A stretch of 64,000 bases of DNA. It comes from an uncultured Planctomycetaceae bacterium (GTDB lineage: Bacteria > Planctomycetota > Planctomycetia > Planctomycetales > Planctomycetaceae). Shown in pieces: positions 32,164 through 42,433 of this stretch; the first letter of the stretch is position 1; the number at the start of each line of letters is the position of its first letter. The notes under the pieces were generated by a model, which was not told the DNA's origin, did not search any database, and saw nothing but the letters and a program-made list of their open reading frames with translations. Made by a program: the position numbers and the translations under genes. The DNA is taken from the NCBI GenBank assembly GCA_963813715.1, contig CAWFAK010000008.1, forward strand, positions 192,001 through 256,000, written 5' to 3'.

Positions 32164-33597
32164 CTATCGGGAAGTCTCCAGGCAGAGGGCGTCGCCGTCG
32201 CGATTTTGCTCGGCGGCGCCTCCCGATCGATCGAGAATCAGTTCTCGTAGCTCGGCCGCGATAAAGAACGAGCCCGTCACGCAAATGAGGTCGTCGACCG
32301 TCGCCAGGTGCGTGGCCAGTCGCCAGGCAGCGGCCGGATCGGGGGCGACGTGGCAGGAGCGGCTAGAAATCGCCTCGACCAAGCCCGCCAGTTCGTCGAT
32401 GAAGAGCGCGCGGGGATTCGTCTGGTACTGCGTCAGCACGACGCTGTCGAATCGCGGCAACAAGAGCCGCAGCATCCCGGCCACGTCTTTGTCACGGGTC
32501 GCGGCGAAGATCAGAATCCGGCGCGCGGCACTCGCGAAATCCCGCTCGATCGTCTGGATCAGGGCCTCGGTGGCCGCCCAGTTGTGCGCGGCATCGACGA
32601 TGGTCGTCGGCCGGTTGGCGATCACTTCGATGCGGGCCGGCCAGCGAACGTTCTGGATTCCCGTCGCGATCGCCGGCTCAGCAACGCTCACGTCCTGATC
32701 ACGTAAGAGGGTTGCGGCCGCAATCGCCAGTGTCGCGTTGTCCGCCTGGTGATGTCCGCGCAAGGAAGGCTTGAGTCCCTGCCACGTCCCCCACGGCGTG
32801 CGCACGTCAATCAAAGGACCGGACGACCGACTGTCGGCGGCCGCCTGAATGCCGGCCGTGAGATGCTGCCCCCACGAGAGATCGCGACCGAGTCGGTAAA
32901 GTGCGCAGCCGAGCCGGTGACAGACCTCCTCGATAACATCGCCTGCCGGTCCGGGAGCGACTCCGGAAATCACCGGCACCCGGGATTTGATAATCCCCGC
33001 TTTTTCCCGCGCGATCTCCGCCGTCGTGTGGCCGAGCACGTTGGTATGATCGCGGCTGATATTGGTGATCACGCAGACCTGCGGATCGCAGACGTTGGTG
33101 GCGTCCAATCGGCCACCCAAGCCCACCTCCAGCACCGCTAGGTCGGCCGCACAATCACGAAAGTAGAGCCAGGCCAACGCGGTCGCCAACTCAAAATAGG
33201 TCGGACCGGGTCCGTCGGGCGCGCGATCCATGCGTTCGATCGGCTCGATCAGCCGGTTCACCAGGTCGACAAAATGGTCGTGAGTCGGCGCCGCGCCGTC
33301 GACGACCATCCGCTCCTCGAAGGCCGTAACATGCGGCGACGTGTAGAGCCCCGTCTTGTGGCCGGCCGCCGTCAAGATCGAGGCCGTCATGGCGGACGTC
33401 GAGCCCTTCCCCTTGGTCCCGGCGATGTGAACGATTTTAAAGCCCTGGTGCGGATTGCCGATCTCGGCGAGCAGCCGCCGCATGCGGTCAAGCTTCAGGT
33501 CGTCGCTGGAAAACGCGATGCCGGTGATGCGCTCGTAGTTGATGCGACCGAAAAGAAACTCGATCGCCTGCTCATAGGTTTGGATCAGGTGACTCAT
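32164..33597 (-). CDS. folC: Bifunctional folylpolyglutamate synthase/dihydrofolate synthase
   Basis: HIAGTKGKGST, YTSPH, EVGLGGRLDATN, EKAGIIK, WPARIE, DAAHN, TGSFF. Confidence 0.95.
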   Translation of the reverse strand: MSHLIQTYEQAIEFLFGRINYERITGIAFSSDDLKLDRMRRLLAEIGNPHQGFKIVHIAGTKGKGSTSAMTASILTAAGHKTGLYTSPHVTAFEERMVVDGAAPTHDHFVDLVNRLIEPIERMDRAPDGPGPTYFELATALAWLYFRDCAADLAVLEVGLGGRLDATNVCDPQVCVITNISRDHTNVLGHTTAEIAREKAGIIKSRVPVISGVAPGPAGDVIEEVCHRLGCALYRLGRDLSWGQHLTAGIQAAADSRSSGPLIDVRTPWGTWQGLKPSLRGHHQADNATLAIAAATLLRDQDVSVAEPAIATGIQNVRWPARIEVIANRPTTIVDAAHNWAATEALIQTIERDFASAARRILIFAATRDKDVAGMLRLLLPRFDSVVLTQYQTNPRALFIDELAGLVEAISSRSCHVAPDPAAAWRLATHLATVDDLICVTGSFFIAAELRELILDRSGGAAEQNRDGDALCLETSR

Positions 33598-33660
33598 CGC
33601 AGGATTGGCGCGGGCTCGAGAGAATTCGATCGCTTCAAAGTATCTTGCTGGCGGCGTCGG

Positions 33661-34422
33661 TCAACTGCCCGTTCGCCGCGCGGCTGGTCGGTTCTTATCG
33701 CTTTTTTCCGAGGACTCGACGCGAATGTTGCGAAATCTCACGGTTCCGTTGTGGCTTTGCAGCCCCAGAAACCCGCGCGTGTTGCGTAAGGCGAGCAGCG
33801 GATATCGCTCGGGAGTCGCGTCGACCACGCGGATGCCGTTATGCACGACCGTCACGTGCGATCCGTCACACCGAATTTCGAGAGTGTTCCAGGTCCCGGG
33901 CGGCTTCGACACGCGGGGCACGGCAGCCGCGATATCGTAGAGCGACGCGGAATACTGATAGTCCTTCAGCTTGCCGACGTACCGCGCCGCGTGATCGTCG
34001 AGAATCTGGATCTCGAAACCCGCCGGCGGCAGCGACGCGCTATCGCGATGATGGTTGCCGTCGACCGGAACGTGGACGTAAACGCCGCTATTGGCCCCGT
34101 CGGTCAGCTGGTAGTCGAGCTCCAAGCGAAAATCGCCGTATTCGCGGCTCGTGCGGAGCCAGGAATGATGCTTGCCGCGGCAGACGAGACAACCGTCGCG
34201 CACCAGCCAATCGTCGGCCGCCTGCTTGCCGACCGGCTCCCAGCCAGCCAGGTTTCGGCCGTTGAACAGAATTTTGGTTGCGGCCTCCGGGTCGGCAGCC
34301 GGAGCGTCCCATGTCGACAAAGTCGCTAAGCCCGCGAACATTGCGAGCCCAACAACCAGAGCATGCGCCGCCTGGATCCTGCGCGGGCGTAGCAGACCGA
34401 CGGATTTGGAATCCCGAAACAT
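33661..34422 (-). CDS. DUF1080 (3-keto-disaccharide hydrolase family) secreted protein
   Basis: LFNGRNLAGW, YGDFRLELDY, NSGVY, EIQILD, WNTLEI, GFLGLQSH..FRNIRV. Confidence 0.9.
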   Translation of the reverse strand: MFRDSKSVGLLRPRRIQAAHALVVGLAMFAGLATLSTWDAPAADPEAATKILFNGRNLAGWEPVGKQAADDWLVRDGCLVCRGKHHSWLRTSREYGDFRLELDYQLTDGANSGVYVHVPVDGNHHRDSASLPPAGFEIQILDDHAARYVGKLKDYQYSASLYDIAAAVPRVSKPPGTWNTLEIRCDGSHVTVVHNGIRVVDATPERYPLLALRNTRGFLGLQSHNGTVRFRNIRVESSEKSDKNRPAARRTGS

Positions 34423-34673
34423 GTCTTCCTATGTCTCCAAAGGCTGGCCATTGTAACAGCCAGCTGAATTTTCGACGTGCGAGCGGTCGCTCTGCGGCGG
34501 CGAGCCGCTGCTTGGTCCGGGTAAAACACCCAGGCTGGACGTAACGATTTCCTAAAATCCTCTAACAATCCCAAGAATCGATAAAGGTTGCCGCCGCGCC
34601 GCAGTCGAAGAAAAAAAGAAGCGGAGTTTCGCCTAAAGTTTCGGGCCCGCTCTTACAGTCGCAGGCGGCCGTC

Positions 34674-35012
34674 ATGAGCACAATCGGCGGAATGAGTGCG
34701 GCCGCGTTAAACGTGGCAAGCTCGGTTGTCGCCTCGTCCCGACCCGAGGCCGTGGGCGAAAAGGCCCAGACGCAGGCCGCCCATCAGCAATCGCAAGCCG
34801 CGCTCTCTGAAGCGTCCGACGACGTCGAAGACGCGCAGTTCTCGCCCGATCGGGATGCGGACGGCCGTCAGCTCTATCGACGCCCCGCCCCTCTCGCGCA
34901 GGATGCGATCACGAGCGAAGCGGACGAGGCCGTTGCGTCAGGGCCTGCCCCTGCGAACCACCCCGCCGATGCCTTTGGCGACCGCGGAAATGCGCTGGAC
35001 CTCGATGCCTAG
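34674..35012 (+). CDS. Small low-complexity hypothetical protein
   Basis: Clean 112-aa ORF in an intergenic gap; DRDADGR motif; C-terminal GNALDLDA. Confidence 0.65.
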   Translation: MSTIGGMSAAALNVASSVVASSRPEAVGEKAQTQAAHQQSQAALSEASDDVEDAQFSPDRDADGRQLYRRPAPLAQDAITSEADEAVASGPAPANHPADAFGDRGNALDLDA

Positions 35013-35036
35013 CGCCTCCGAAAACGCCCCACGACT

Positions 35037-37274
35037 TCAGCTCGCCGGCGTGCGCAGCGACGCGTGAATCAGCGAAATGAGCTTGGCAGCGTGAATCGGC
35101 TTGGTCGCATATTCGTCGCAGCCGGCCGACAGGCAACGCTCGCGGTCGCCGGCCATCGTGTGCGCGGTGAGCGCGATAATCACTCCGCGATAGCCCGCCG
35201 CCCGGAGTTGCGACGTGCTGGTGTAACCGTCCATCACGGGCATCTGCATGTCCATCAAGATGACGGCGAACGGTTTTTCGGCACGCTCCGCCGCGAGGGC
35301 CCGATCCATCGCCTGCTGCCCGTTGTCGACCACTTCGACGTCGGCCCCCGCCTTTCGCAATAGGTACGAGAGGAGCCGCTGATTGTCGACGCCGTCCTCG
35401 GCAACCAGCACGCGGCATGTGAGCGGGGCCATCGCCTCGCGTGGCCGCGACGGCGCCGGTCGCCCGTCCCCCGCCTGCGCGGCCGGCTGATAAATGCGGA
35501 CGCCTTCGAGCGAGCCGGTCGCCACAGTCACCGTGAAGGTCGAGCCGCGGCCCGGCTGGCTTTCCGCGACCAGGTCGCCTCCCAACAGATCCGCAAAGCG
35601 TTTGCTGATCGTCAGCCCCAATCCCGTCCCGCCAAATCTTCGCGTGGTTGAGGGGTCGGCCTGCGTGAAAGGGCGAAACAAGCGGCCCAACTCTTCGGCC
35701 GTCATGCCGATGCCCGTGTCGCGAACGGCAAATTCCAGCCGCCCCGCGAGGCCGCCACGATCCTTTTGCGAGTCGGGCAGAAACCGGACGGAGATCTGCA
35801 CGCTGCCTTGTTCGGTGAATTTGAGCGCGTTGCCCACCAAGTTGATCAATATTTGCCGCAGGCGCGTCGGGTCGCTCTCGATCGTCTCCGGGATCGGTCC
35901 CGGATAACTGGCGGTCAGCTCGAGCCGCCGGGCATCCGCGCGGACTTTCATCAGCGCGATCACGTCCGCGACGATTTTCATCGGCGAGAAGCGGAGCCGT
36001 TCGATCCGCAGGGAGCTGGCCTCGATCTTCGACAGGTCGAGGATGTCGTTGATGATCTCGAGCAAATGCTCGCCGTTTCGCTTGATGGTCTCAAGCGCGC
36101 TCGTGCGTGCCGGCGGCGCGGTCTCGATCCCCTCCTCCATCAAGAGCAAATCAGCGAAGCCGAGAATGGCCGTCATCGGCGTGCGGATTTCGTGGCTCAT
36201 GTTAGCCAGGAATTCGCTTTTCGACTGGTTCGCCTGCTCGGCGCGGCGGCGAGCCACCTCGAGCTCTGCAGCCTGGGCAATGAGGGCCGCCGACTGTTGC
36301 TCGATCTGCCGTCGAGACTCTTCGATCTCGGCCGCCGAACGCTTGAGCTCGGCCTCAAAGGTCTTGCGATCGGTGATATCGGTCAGCGTTCCCGCCATCC
36401 GCAAGGACCGTCCCTGCGGGTCGCTGATCGATCGCCGCGGAGCCGAAACCAGCGCCAGGCGCCCGACTTCGCCCGCAAGCGCGTTTCGAGGTCGAGCGAC
36501 TTGTTGCGATCGAGGTGGGCCCGGATCGTCGCTAGCGTGCCGACTGCTTCATCGGAAGGCAAATGTATCTCGAGCGCTTGGAGCGTATTCTCGAACTCGC
36601 GATCGGTGTAGCCCAGCAGCTCCTTGAACCGCTGGGAATAATAGACGTCGTTCGTGACGACATCCCAGTCCCAGATGCCGTCACTCGAACCGCGAACCGC
36701 AAAGTTGAAGCGTTCTTCGCTCTGCCGCAAGGCCCGTGCCCGCTCCTCCAGCCGACGCATTCCCAGGCGGAGCGTTTCGCGCTCGGCGAGCAGGCCGCGG
36801 ATTTGGCGGTACTCGGTCGTGACGTCCTCGACGATCACGAGCGCGAATTGTCCCTGTTCGTCCCAGCGGCGCACGGTGATCCGTTGTTTCATCGGGCCCG
36901 GGCCGTTGGCGGATCCTTCCAACCGACTGCCGAAACCTTCCAGTAGCGTACACGCCGTGTCGTCGCTCCTGTCTCCGTCGAGCGCGCGGGCTACCCGATC
37001 CTGTCAGCGCCCGTGCCATTGTCTCGCCCACCGCGCTGCCATAGGGGTGCCCCACAATCTCAGCGCGGCCGACACCCGACCATTGTTCGAGCGTGCGGTT
37101 CCAGAACAAAACGACGAACTGGCGATCGAGCACGCACAGTCCGAGCGGCAAGAGGTCCAACGACCGCGTCTCGAGGTTGGTCGGACCGGATTGGGCATTC
37201 CGCATCGGCGGCGGCTCGTGATGTGAAAATGGGCGTTTCAAAGGCAGATCGAGAGACGCAGCGGGATTCGTCAA
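35037..37274 (-). CDS. PAS-containing hybrid sensor histidine kinase/response regulator (frameshifts ~36430 and ~36950)
   Basis: PAS ([25 protein letters not shown]), H box [30 protein letters not shown], receiver LMDMQMP..TKP. Confidence 0.88.
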
Positions 37275-38113
37275 GCACTCAAGAGCGAGGTTTCGCGCGG
37301 AATCCGACGGTAGATCGCCGCGGCTTCGACCGGCAGACGCTCGAGCCCGGACTGTCGGTCAAGGGCGGGCTCGGTGGCCGCCAGGATGAGAAAACCGTCC
37401 GTGGCGAGTTGATCGATCAGCCTCCCAAGCCGCCGGCGCCGGGCCGGGGGATCGAGATCGCCCGCGTGTTGATGGCAGACAATCAAGTCGGCCACCCCAG
37501 CCGCAGAGCAACCTTCGAGGGGATCCAGCTGCAGCCAGGAAATGTTCTCGGACAACGGCGAGCGATTGCGCCAACCGCGACTTGCCGGCAGCTGCTCGAA
37601 GGACCGTTCGAGCCGCTTCAGCGACACCCCGCGCTGAACTTCATAGTCCGAATAAATGCCGCATCGCGCGCGGGCAAGGACATCCGCATTCAGGTCCGAG
37701 GCAAGGATCGTCACGTTCCAGTGACACAGCTCAGGACAGCGTTCGTGGAGGGCGATCGCCAGGCTGTACGTTGGCTGCCCGGTGCCGCAGCCGACTGACC
37801 AAATTCGCAACGTTCGCGTGGCCCGGCGCGTCGAAAGCAGGGCCGGCATCACGTCGTAAAGCAGTGCCTCGAGTGCCTGCTGCTCGGCGAAGAACGTCGA
37901 CTCGGGCCCCGTCACGGCGCGACTCAGCGCATCGGCCATTCGTTCCCCGCCGCGACGCTGTTTGATTCCGAACTCGACGAGGGCTCCGCGCGGTCTCTTT
38001 CGGTCGTCGCGAATGGCTGTCTCGAACACGTAGTCCGCACCTGCGGGCGACGAAGATCGCGACCCGTGCAGCAAAAACAACGACGATGACTGGTCCTGGC
38101 TCGATCGACGCAT
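37271..38113 (-). CDS. CheR-like methyltransferase with degenerate active-site motifs
   Basis: ESTFF, LRIWSVGCGTG..YSLA, ILASDL..ARCGIYS..EVQRG give the CheR fold. The canonical FFRE, GEEPYS and CRNVLIYF motifs are altered. Confidence 0.75.
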   Translation of the reverse strand: MRRSSQDQSSSLFLLHGSRSSSPAGADYVFETAIRDDRKRPRGALVEFGIKQRRGGERMADALSRAVTGPESTFFAEQQALEALLYDVMPALLSTRRATRTLRIWSVGCGTGQPTYSLAIALHERCPELCHWNVTILASDLNADVLARARCGIYSDYEVQRGVSLKRLERSFEQLPASRGWRNRSPLSENISWLQLDPLEGCSAAGVADLIVCHQHAGDLDPPARRRRLGRLIDQLATDGFLILAATEPALDRQSGLERLPVEAAAIYRRIPRETSLLSA

Positions 38114-38120
38114 CGATTCC

Positions 38121-38537
38121 TCAGAGAGCTGTCGGCAATGCCTTGATGGGGTGCGACTCCGCCAGTTCGAGAATCCCCAACTGTTCGAGTTTCTCGCGGA
38201 CGATGTCGCGGCTGTACGGTTTCTGCATAAATTCGTCGGCCCCGGCCTGCAGGGCCGCCGCAATCTGTGTGCGGTCGAGTGTGTCGCCGCAAACGATCAC
38301 GGCGGGCCGCGAGTGCCGTGGCGACTGAGTCAGTTTTTGCAACAGGTCGACACAGTCGCGGTCTTCCGGCCTCCACTCGAGGAGAACCGCCGGGATTTCG
38401 GGCTCCGCGTTTAAAATCTCCCAAGCCGCGCGAGCATTGGGCGCCTCGCACGTCTGCAGTCCGAGCGAATTCACCACCCGCCGGCCAAGGAGCCGCACGG
38501 CCCGCCATTCGTCGACAAGCAGGATTTTGCGGTCCAT
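38121..38537 (-). CDS. Single-domain CheY-like receiver lacking the phospho-acceptor Asp
   Basis: ILLVDE, VLLEW (Glu at the Asp site), ALQAGADEFMQKPY..EKLEQLG. Confidence 0.8.
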   Translation of the reverse strand: MDRKILLVDEWRAVRLLGRRVVNSLGLQTCEAPNARAAWEILNAEPEIPAVLLEWRPEDRDCVDLLQKLTQSPRHSRPAVIVCGDTLDRTQIAAALQAGADEFMQKPYSRDIVREKLEQLGILELAESHPIKALPTAL

Positions 38538-38950
38538 CCCGCTGTCTCCGTTTGGCCCGGCTGAGCCGCTTCTCACGGTTGCGCAGATCGGTCAGATGTT
38601 CTCGGCGTGCGGATCGCAGCCCGAATGACCTGGTCGCCCGCGCTCTCGCCGCGCCTGCTGGCGCACCGCGGACGCGGCACGGACGACTATCGTTTCGGCG
38701 AATTCTCGTACGGGGCGTGCATCGATTCGCCGTTTTCAGGCAGCCGGAGGCGCAATTCACCACCCGGATCCTTGCCTCAGGCGGACGCGTCAGGACCGGA
38801 ACTTTCGGCGCGCAAAGGAAGGTTTTTCCTCCGCCGGCCGACAGCCCGCTCGCGCGCGGCAGAGCCCGTCTACGCGCCTCGGGGCCGCGTCGCTACACTG
38901 CGGCCTCGTTACCTGCGACCCTGAACCATCCGCCACGTTTTCAAGTGCCC

Positions 38951-39730
38951 ATGCCGCTTCGTCCGCTCATTCTGTTCGAGTCGCCGGCCGCCGAGGTCGC
39001 GCTCCGCCGCCAGGGATTGGCAACGCTCGACGCAATCTTCGCGGGACAGGCGTCCGCGCAGCTACGTCACGTCGGCCGGGCCGTGTTGAAGACCGAATTG
39101 CCCGGTCTGGGCGGAGCGACGGAGACGGTGTACGTTAAACTCAGCTGGGGACGCCGCCGCTGGTGGCCCCGCATGGCCGATATCCGCACCGGCCAGGTCT
39201 TCCAAAGCCTCGCCGTCCGGGAATGGGAAGGCCTGAAAACCTTCGAGCGACTAGGCCTGCAGGTTCCCGAACGGCTGGCCCTGCTGGAGGAGGGCGTTCT
39301 CTGGAAGCGCTCGGCGCTGATCCTGCGGGCCGTGCCGCCGCCCGCATCACTGTCGGACATGATCTTGGACGGCAGCTGGCTCCGGTTGCCGCTTACGGAT
39401 CGGGGCCTGATTCTCGAAAAGGTGGGATGGACCCTGTCTCAGATTCATGACGCAGGCTGGGCCTGGCGGAGCATCTCAACGCGGCACGTCTTTCCGCAAC
39501 GGGACATCCGCGGCGACTGGAAAATCTGGCTGATCGACTGTGAAGGCGTGCACCGGGCCCGCTCGGCCGCCATTCTGCAGCGCGACGTCCGCCGATTTCT
39601 GCGGGCTCTCTCCCACGATCATGCGGACGAGCCGACGCTGGAAACGATGCGAGACATCGGCTTCCGGCTCGCCTCGCGAAACACCTGCGGCTCCGGCGAA
39701 GGCACGAATCGCGACCGTTCGGCGGCTTGA
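38951..39730 (+). CDS. Lipopolysaccharide kinase (Kdo/WaaP/InaA)-family protein
   Basis: VYVK, REWEGL..LGLQVPE, RSALI, IHDAG, WLIDCE. Confidence 0.75.
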   Translation: MPLRPLILFESPAAEVALRRQGLATLDAIFAGQASAQLRHVGRAVLKTELPGLGGATETVYVKLSWGRRRWWPRMADIRTGQVFQSLAVREWEGLKTFERLGLQVPERLALLEEGVLWKRSALILRAVPPPASLSDMILDGSWLRLPLTDRGLILEKVGWTLSQIHDAGWAWRSISTRHVFPQRDIRGDWKIWLIDCEGVHRARSAAILQRDVRRFLRALSHDHADEPTLETMRDIGFRLASRNTCGSGEGTNRDRSAA

Positions 39731-40467
39731 TCGCCGGACCGATGCGCCATCGCGCCCGGGGCGAAACAAAGGTCCCGTCGGCCCCCCGTTTTCGGTGAAC
39801 CAAGTGTCGTCCGCGGAAATGGGCCGCTGACCTCTCTTGATTGGCGCCGTGCCGCAACGATTGCTGCCGGGTGACACCGGCCCCTTTTTTGGCGGTTTGG
39901 CGTCCGTGGAGGCCGCGTGGAAAACGGCGACGAACTTCTGCCTCCGCCGTGTCAACTGGAGAGGTTCTAGGGAGCGCGCCCGGATGCTTCCCAAAGGCAA
40001 CGCTAAGCCGCTCTTTCGTGCGTCCCACGACCGGGCTGCCGGCCTCGACGCAATCGCCGCAAAGCCATACGCAAGATCGGTTTGCGTCATTCGGCAGAAA
40101 CTGCGCGAATGGGATGCGTTCTGTCAACATGTTGCCCTGCGGCGACGTAAGCATCTAGAGCACTGAGGATTGCTAGGAGAGCCAGAAACGAGCGAGGGGC
40201 GACCGGAGCAAAGAAATTCGCCGCCTCGCGCACGCCCTAAGTTCTTGCAGCATCCCGGTTGCAGCGATCGATTGATTCTTCTCAAACCTCCTCGGTTACT
40301 TTTCGCGCAGATTCGACCTGACCGACTCGCTTTTCGACCAGAATCGCTTCAAGTTTCGAGAGCTATAGTTGGCTGGTTGACTTGCGGCTCCATAATTAGG
40401 AGCGTTCCGAGCGCCGAGGGGATTGGGTGCTTTGAACGGACCTGAAGCGCACGAAGGAAACAAGTTC

Positions 40468-40914
40468 ATGGCTCGAAAAGACGCGCTGTTGCGGCTTCAC
40501 GAACGACTGGTCGCCAAGCGCGACTCGCTTCGTAGGAAGCTCGCCGACGATTTGACGCACACCCAAGTTTCCACCGCTGGCGATGAGGCCGACGCGGCCA
40601 ATGACGGGGCCCAGGTCGAGCTCAACACGCAGTTGGCCGCTCTGGAAAGCCGTGAATTGGTTCAGGTCGAGCGGGCCATCGATTTGATCCGCCGCGGCCG
40701 TTATGGTATCTGCGAGGTTTGCGACCAGCCGATTCCGATCGAGCGATTGAAGGCTTTGCCGTTCACCCCAGTCTGCGTCACGTGCGGGCGGCTCCAAGAG
40801 CAGCTGTCACACGGCGGCTATGACGATGGGGCGGATTGGGAATCGGCCTTTGAGCTCGAGGGGCGTCTGCGGGATCGCGAGTTGACGTTGGGTGACATCG
40901 ATATCGCCGACTGA
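40468..40914 (+). CDS. TraR/DksA-family transcription factor
   Basis: Coiled coil with DEADAA (DxxDxA), YGICEVC..IPIERLKALP..CVTC zinc finger; RBS AAGGA. Confidence 0.92.
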   Translation: MARKDALLRLHERLVAKRDSLRRKLADDLTHTQVSTAGDEADAANDGAQVELNTQLAALESRELVQVERAIDLIRRGRYGICEVCDQPIPIERLKALPFTPVCVTCGRLQEQLSHGGYDDGADWESAFELEGRLRDRELTLGDIDIAD

Positions 40915-40936
40915 ACTCCACTTCGCGGACTGAACC

Positions 40937-42401
40937 ATGGTACGCCGGCTCCCCCTGCGGTGGAGCGTGCCGACGCTGTTGCTGGGAGGCGCCGTTGGTC
41001 TGGGAATCGCCTCCCGGCCTCTCAGCCATCTCGCGCACGCCCGCTCTGACGATAAGTCCTTTACCGACACGGCGTCCCTGGATCGCGGCGGGTCTGCGCT
41101 GATCCAAACCAGCCGGCAATTGGCGCGGGTGGCGGCCGACGTCACGCCAAGCGTCGTCCACATCGAAAGTAAGTTCGAGACCTCCGAGAACCGCATGGTC
41201 GAGGAGACCGGTTCCGGGGTGATCGTCAGCTGTCCGGCAGTCCCCGGTTATTACATCGTCACCAACCGCCACGTCATCGGCGACACGGCGACGTTGCAAC
41301 AAGTGTCGATCCGCCTTCGCGATGGCCGCTCGTTCCATCCGATGCAGAAGTGGGTCGATCGCGAGACGGACCTGGCGGTGCTCAAGATCGACGCCGACAC
41401 AGCTAAGCCGATGGCCTGGGGCAACAGCGATCGGCTGGAGATCGGCAACCTCGTGCTGGCGGTCGGCAGCCCATTTGGTCTGAGCCAGTCGGTCACGATG
41501 GGCATCGTCAGCGCGGGGCCGGGCCTTGCACTTGGGGGGCCGTAGCGCGAGCGATCTGGTCAATCAAGACTTCATCCAGACCGACGCCGCGATCAACTTC
41601 GGTAACAGCGGCGGACCGCTGATCGACGTCGACGGGCGACTGGTCGGCATCAATACGGCCATTGCCTCCAACAGCGGCGGCAACGACGGTATCGGCTTCA
41701 GCATCCCTAGCAACCTGGTTCGCCGAGTGGTCTACGACCTGCTCGAACGCGGCCAGGTGCAGCGCGCGTACTTGGGCGTGATGCTCGATCCGGACTTTAC
41801 CGTGGAAAAGGCTCGCGAGCTGAAGCTCGACCGGGTCCGAGGGGCGCGGATCACCCAGATTTACCCGCAGTCGCCGGCCTCAAAGGCCGGGCTGGCGGTC
41901 GACGACATCGTCCTCTCCTTCGACGGCACCGACATCGTGGACGAGAACCACCTGATCAACCTGGTCAGCCTGACGCAAATCGGGCGGAAGGTGCAGCTCG
42001 TTGTGCTCCGCGGCGGACAAAAGATGTCGATCGACGTGAATCTCTCGAACCGGCAGGAAATGGATCAGCACTCCGAAGCGCCAAGCCACCCGGCAATGGG
42101 CGCGCTGATCAAGCCGCTGGGCCTCACACTGCACGATCTTTCGGGGGACCTGGCGAGCCAGCTCGGTTTCTCCGAAACGACACGGGGCCTATTGGTGCTG
42201 AGCATCGATCCGCGGAGCACGTTGACGGGCAGCGTCGACGTGTACGACGTGCTCGAGGAAGTCGCCCGTACTCCGGTCACGACGGTTGCCGACGTGCGAA
42301 AGGCCCTGTCGGCGTCCGGAAAAGGTGACGTGCTGCTGCGATTTAAGCGCAAGAACGCTACGGGCCAGCACAGTCACATCGTCGTCTGGCAGCGTTCCTG
42401 A
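40937..42401 (+). CDS. HtrA/DegP-family periplasmic serine protease with PDZ domains (frameshift ~41515)
   Basis: [40 protein letters not shown], followed by PDZ domains. Confidence 0.92.
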
Positions 42402-42433
42402 CCGGCTGACCGACCCCGCCGATCTTCTCGACC

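Noticed and set aside
34630..34660. sigma28 promoter, and a CGCCTAAAGT 10-mer shared with the minus strand near 54939-54948
   Set aside because: No GCCGATAA-like -10 at the right spacing, and a single 10-bp match is not significant.
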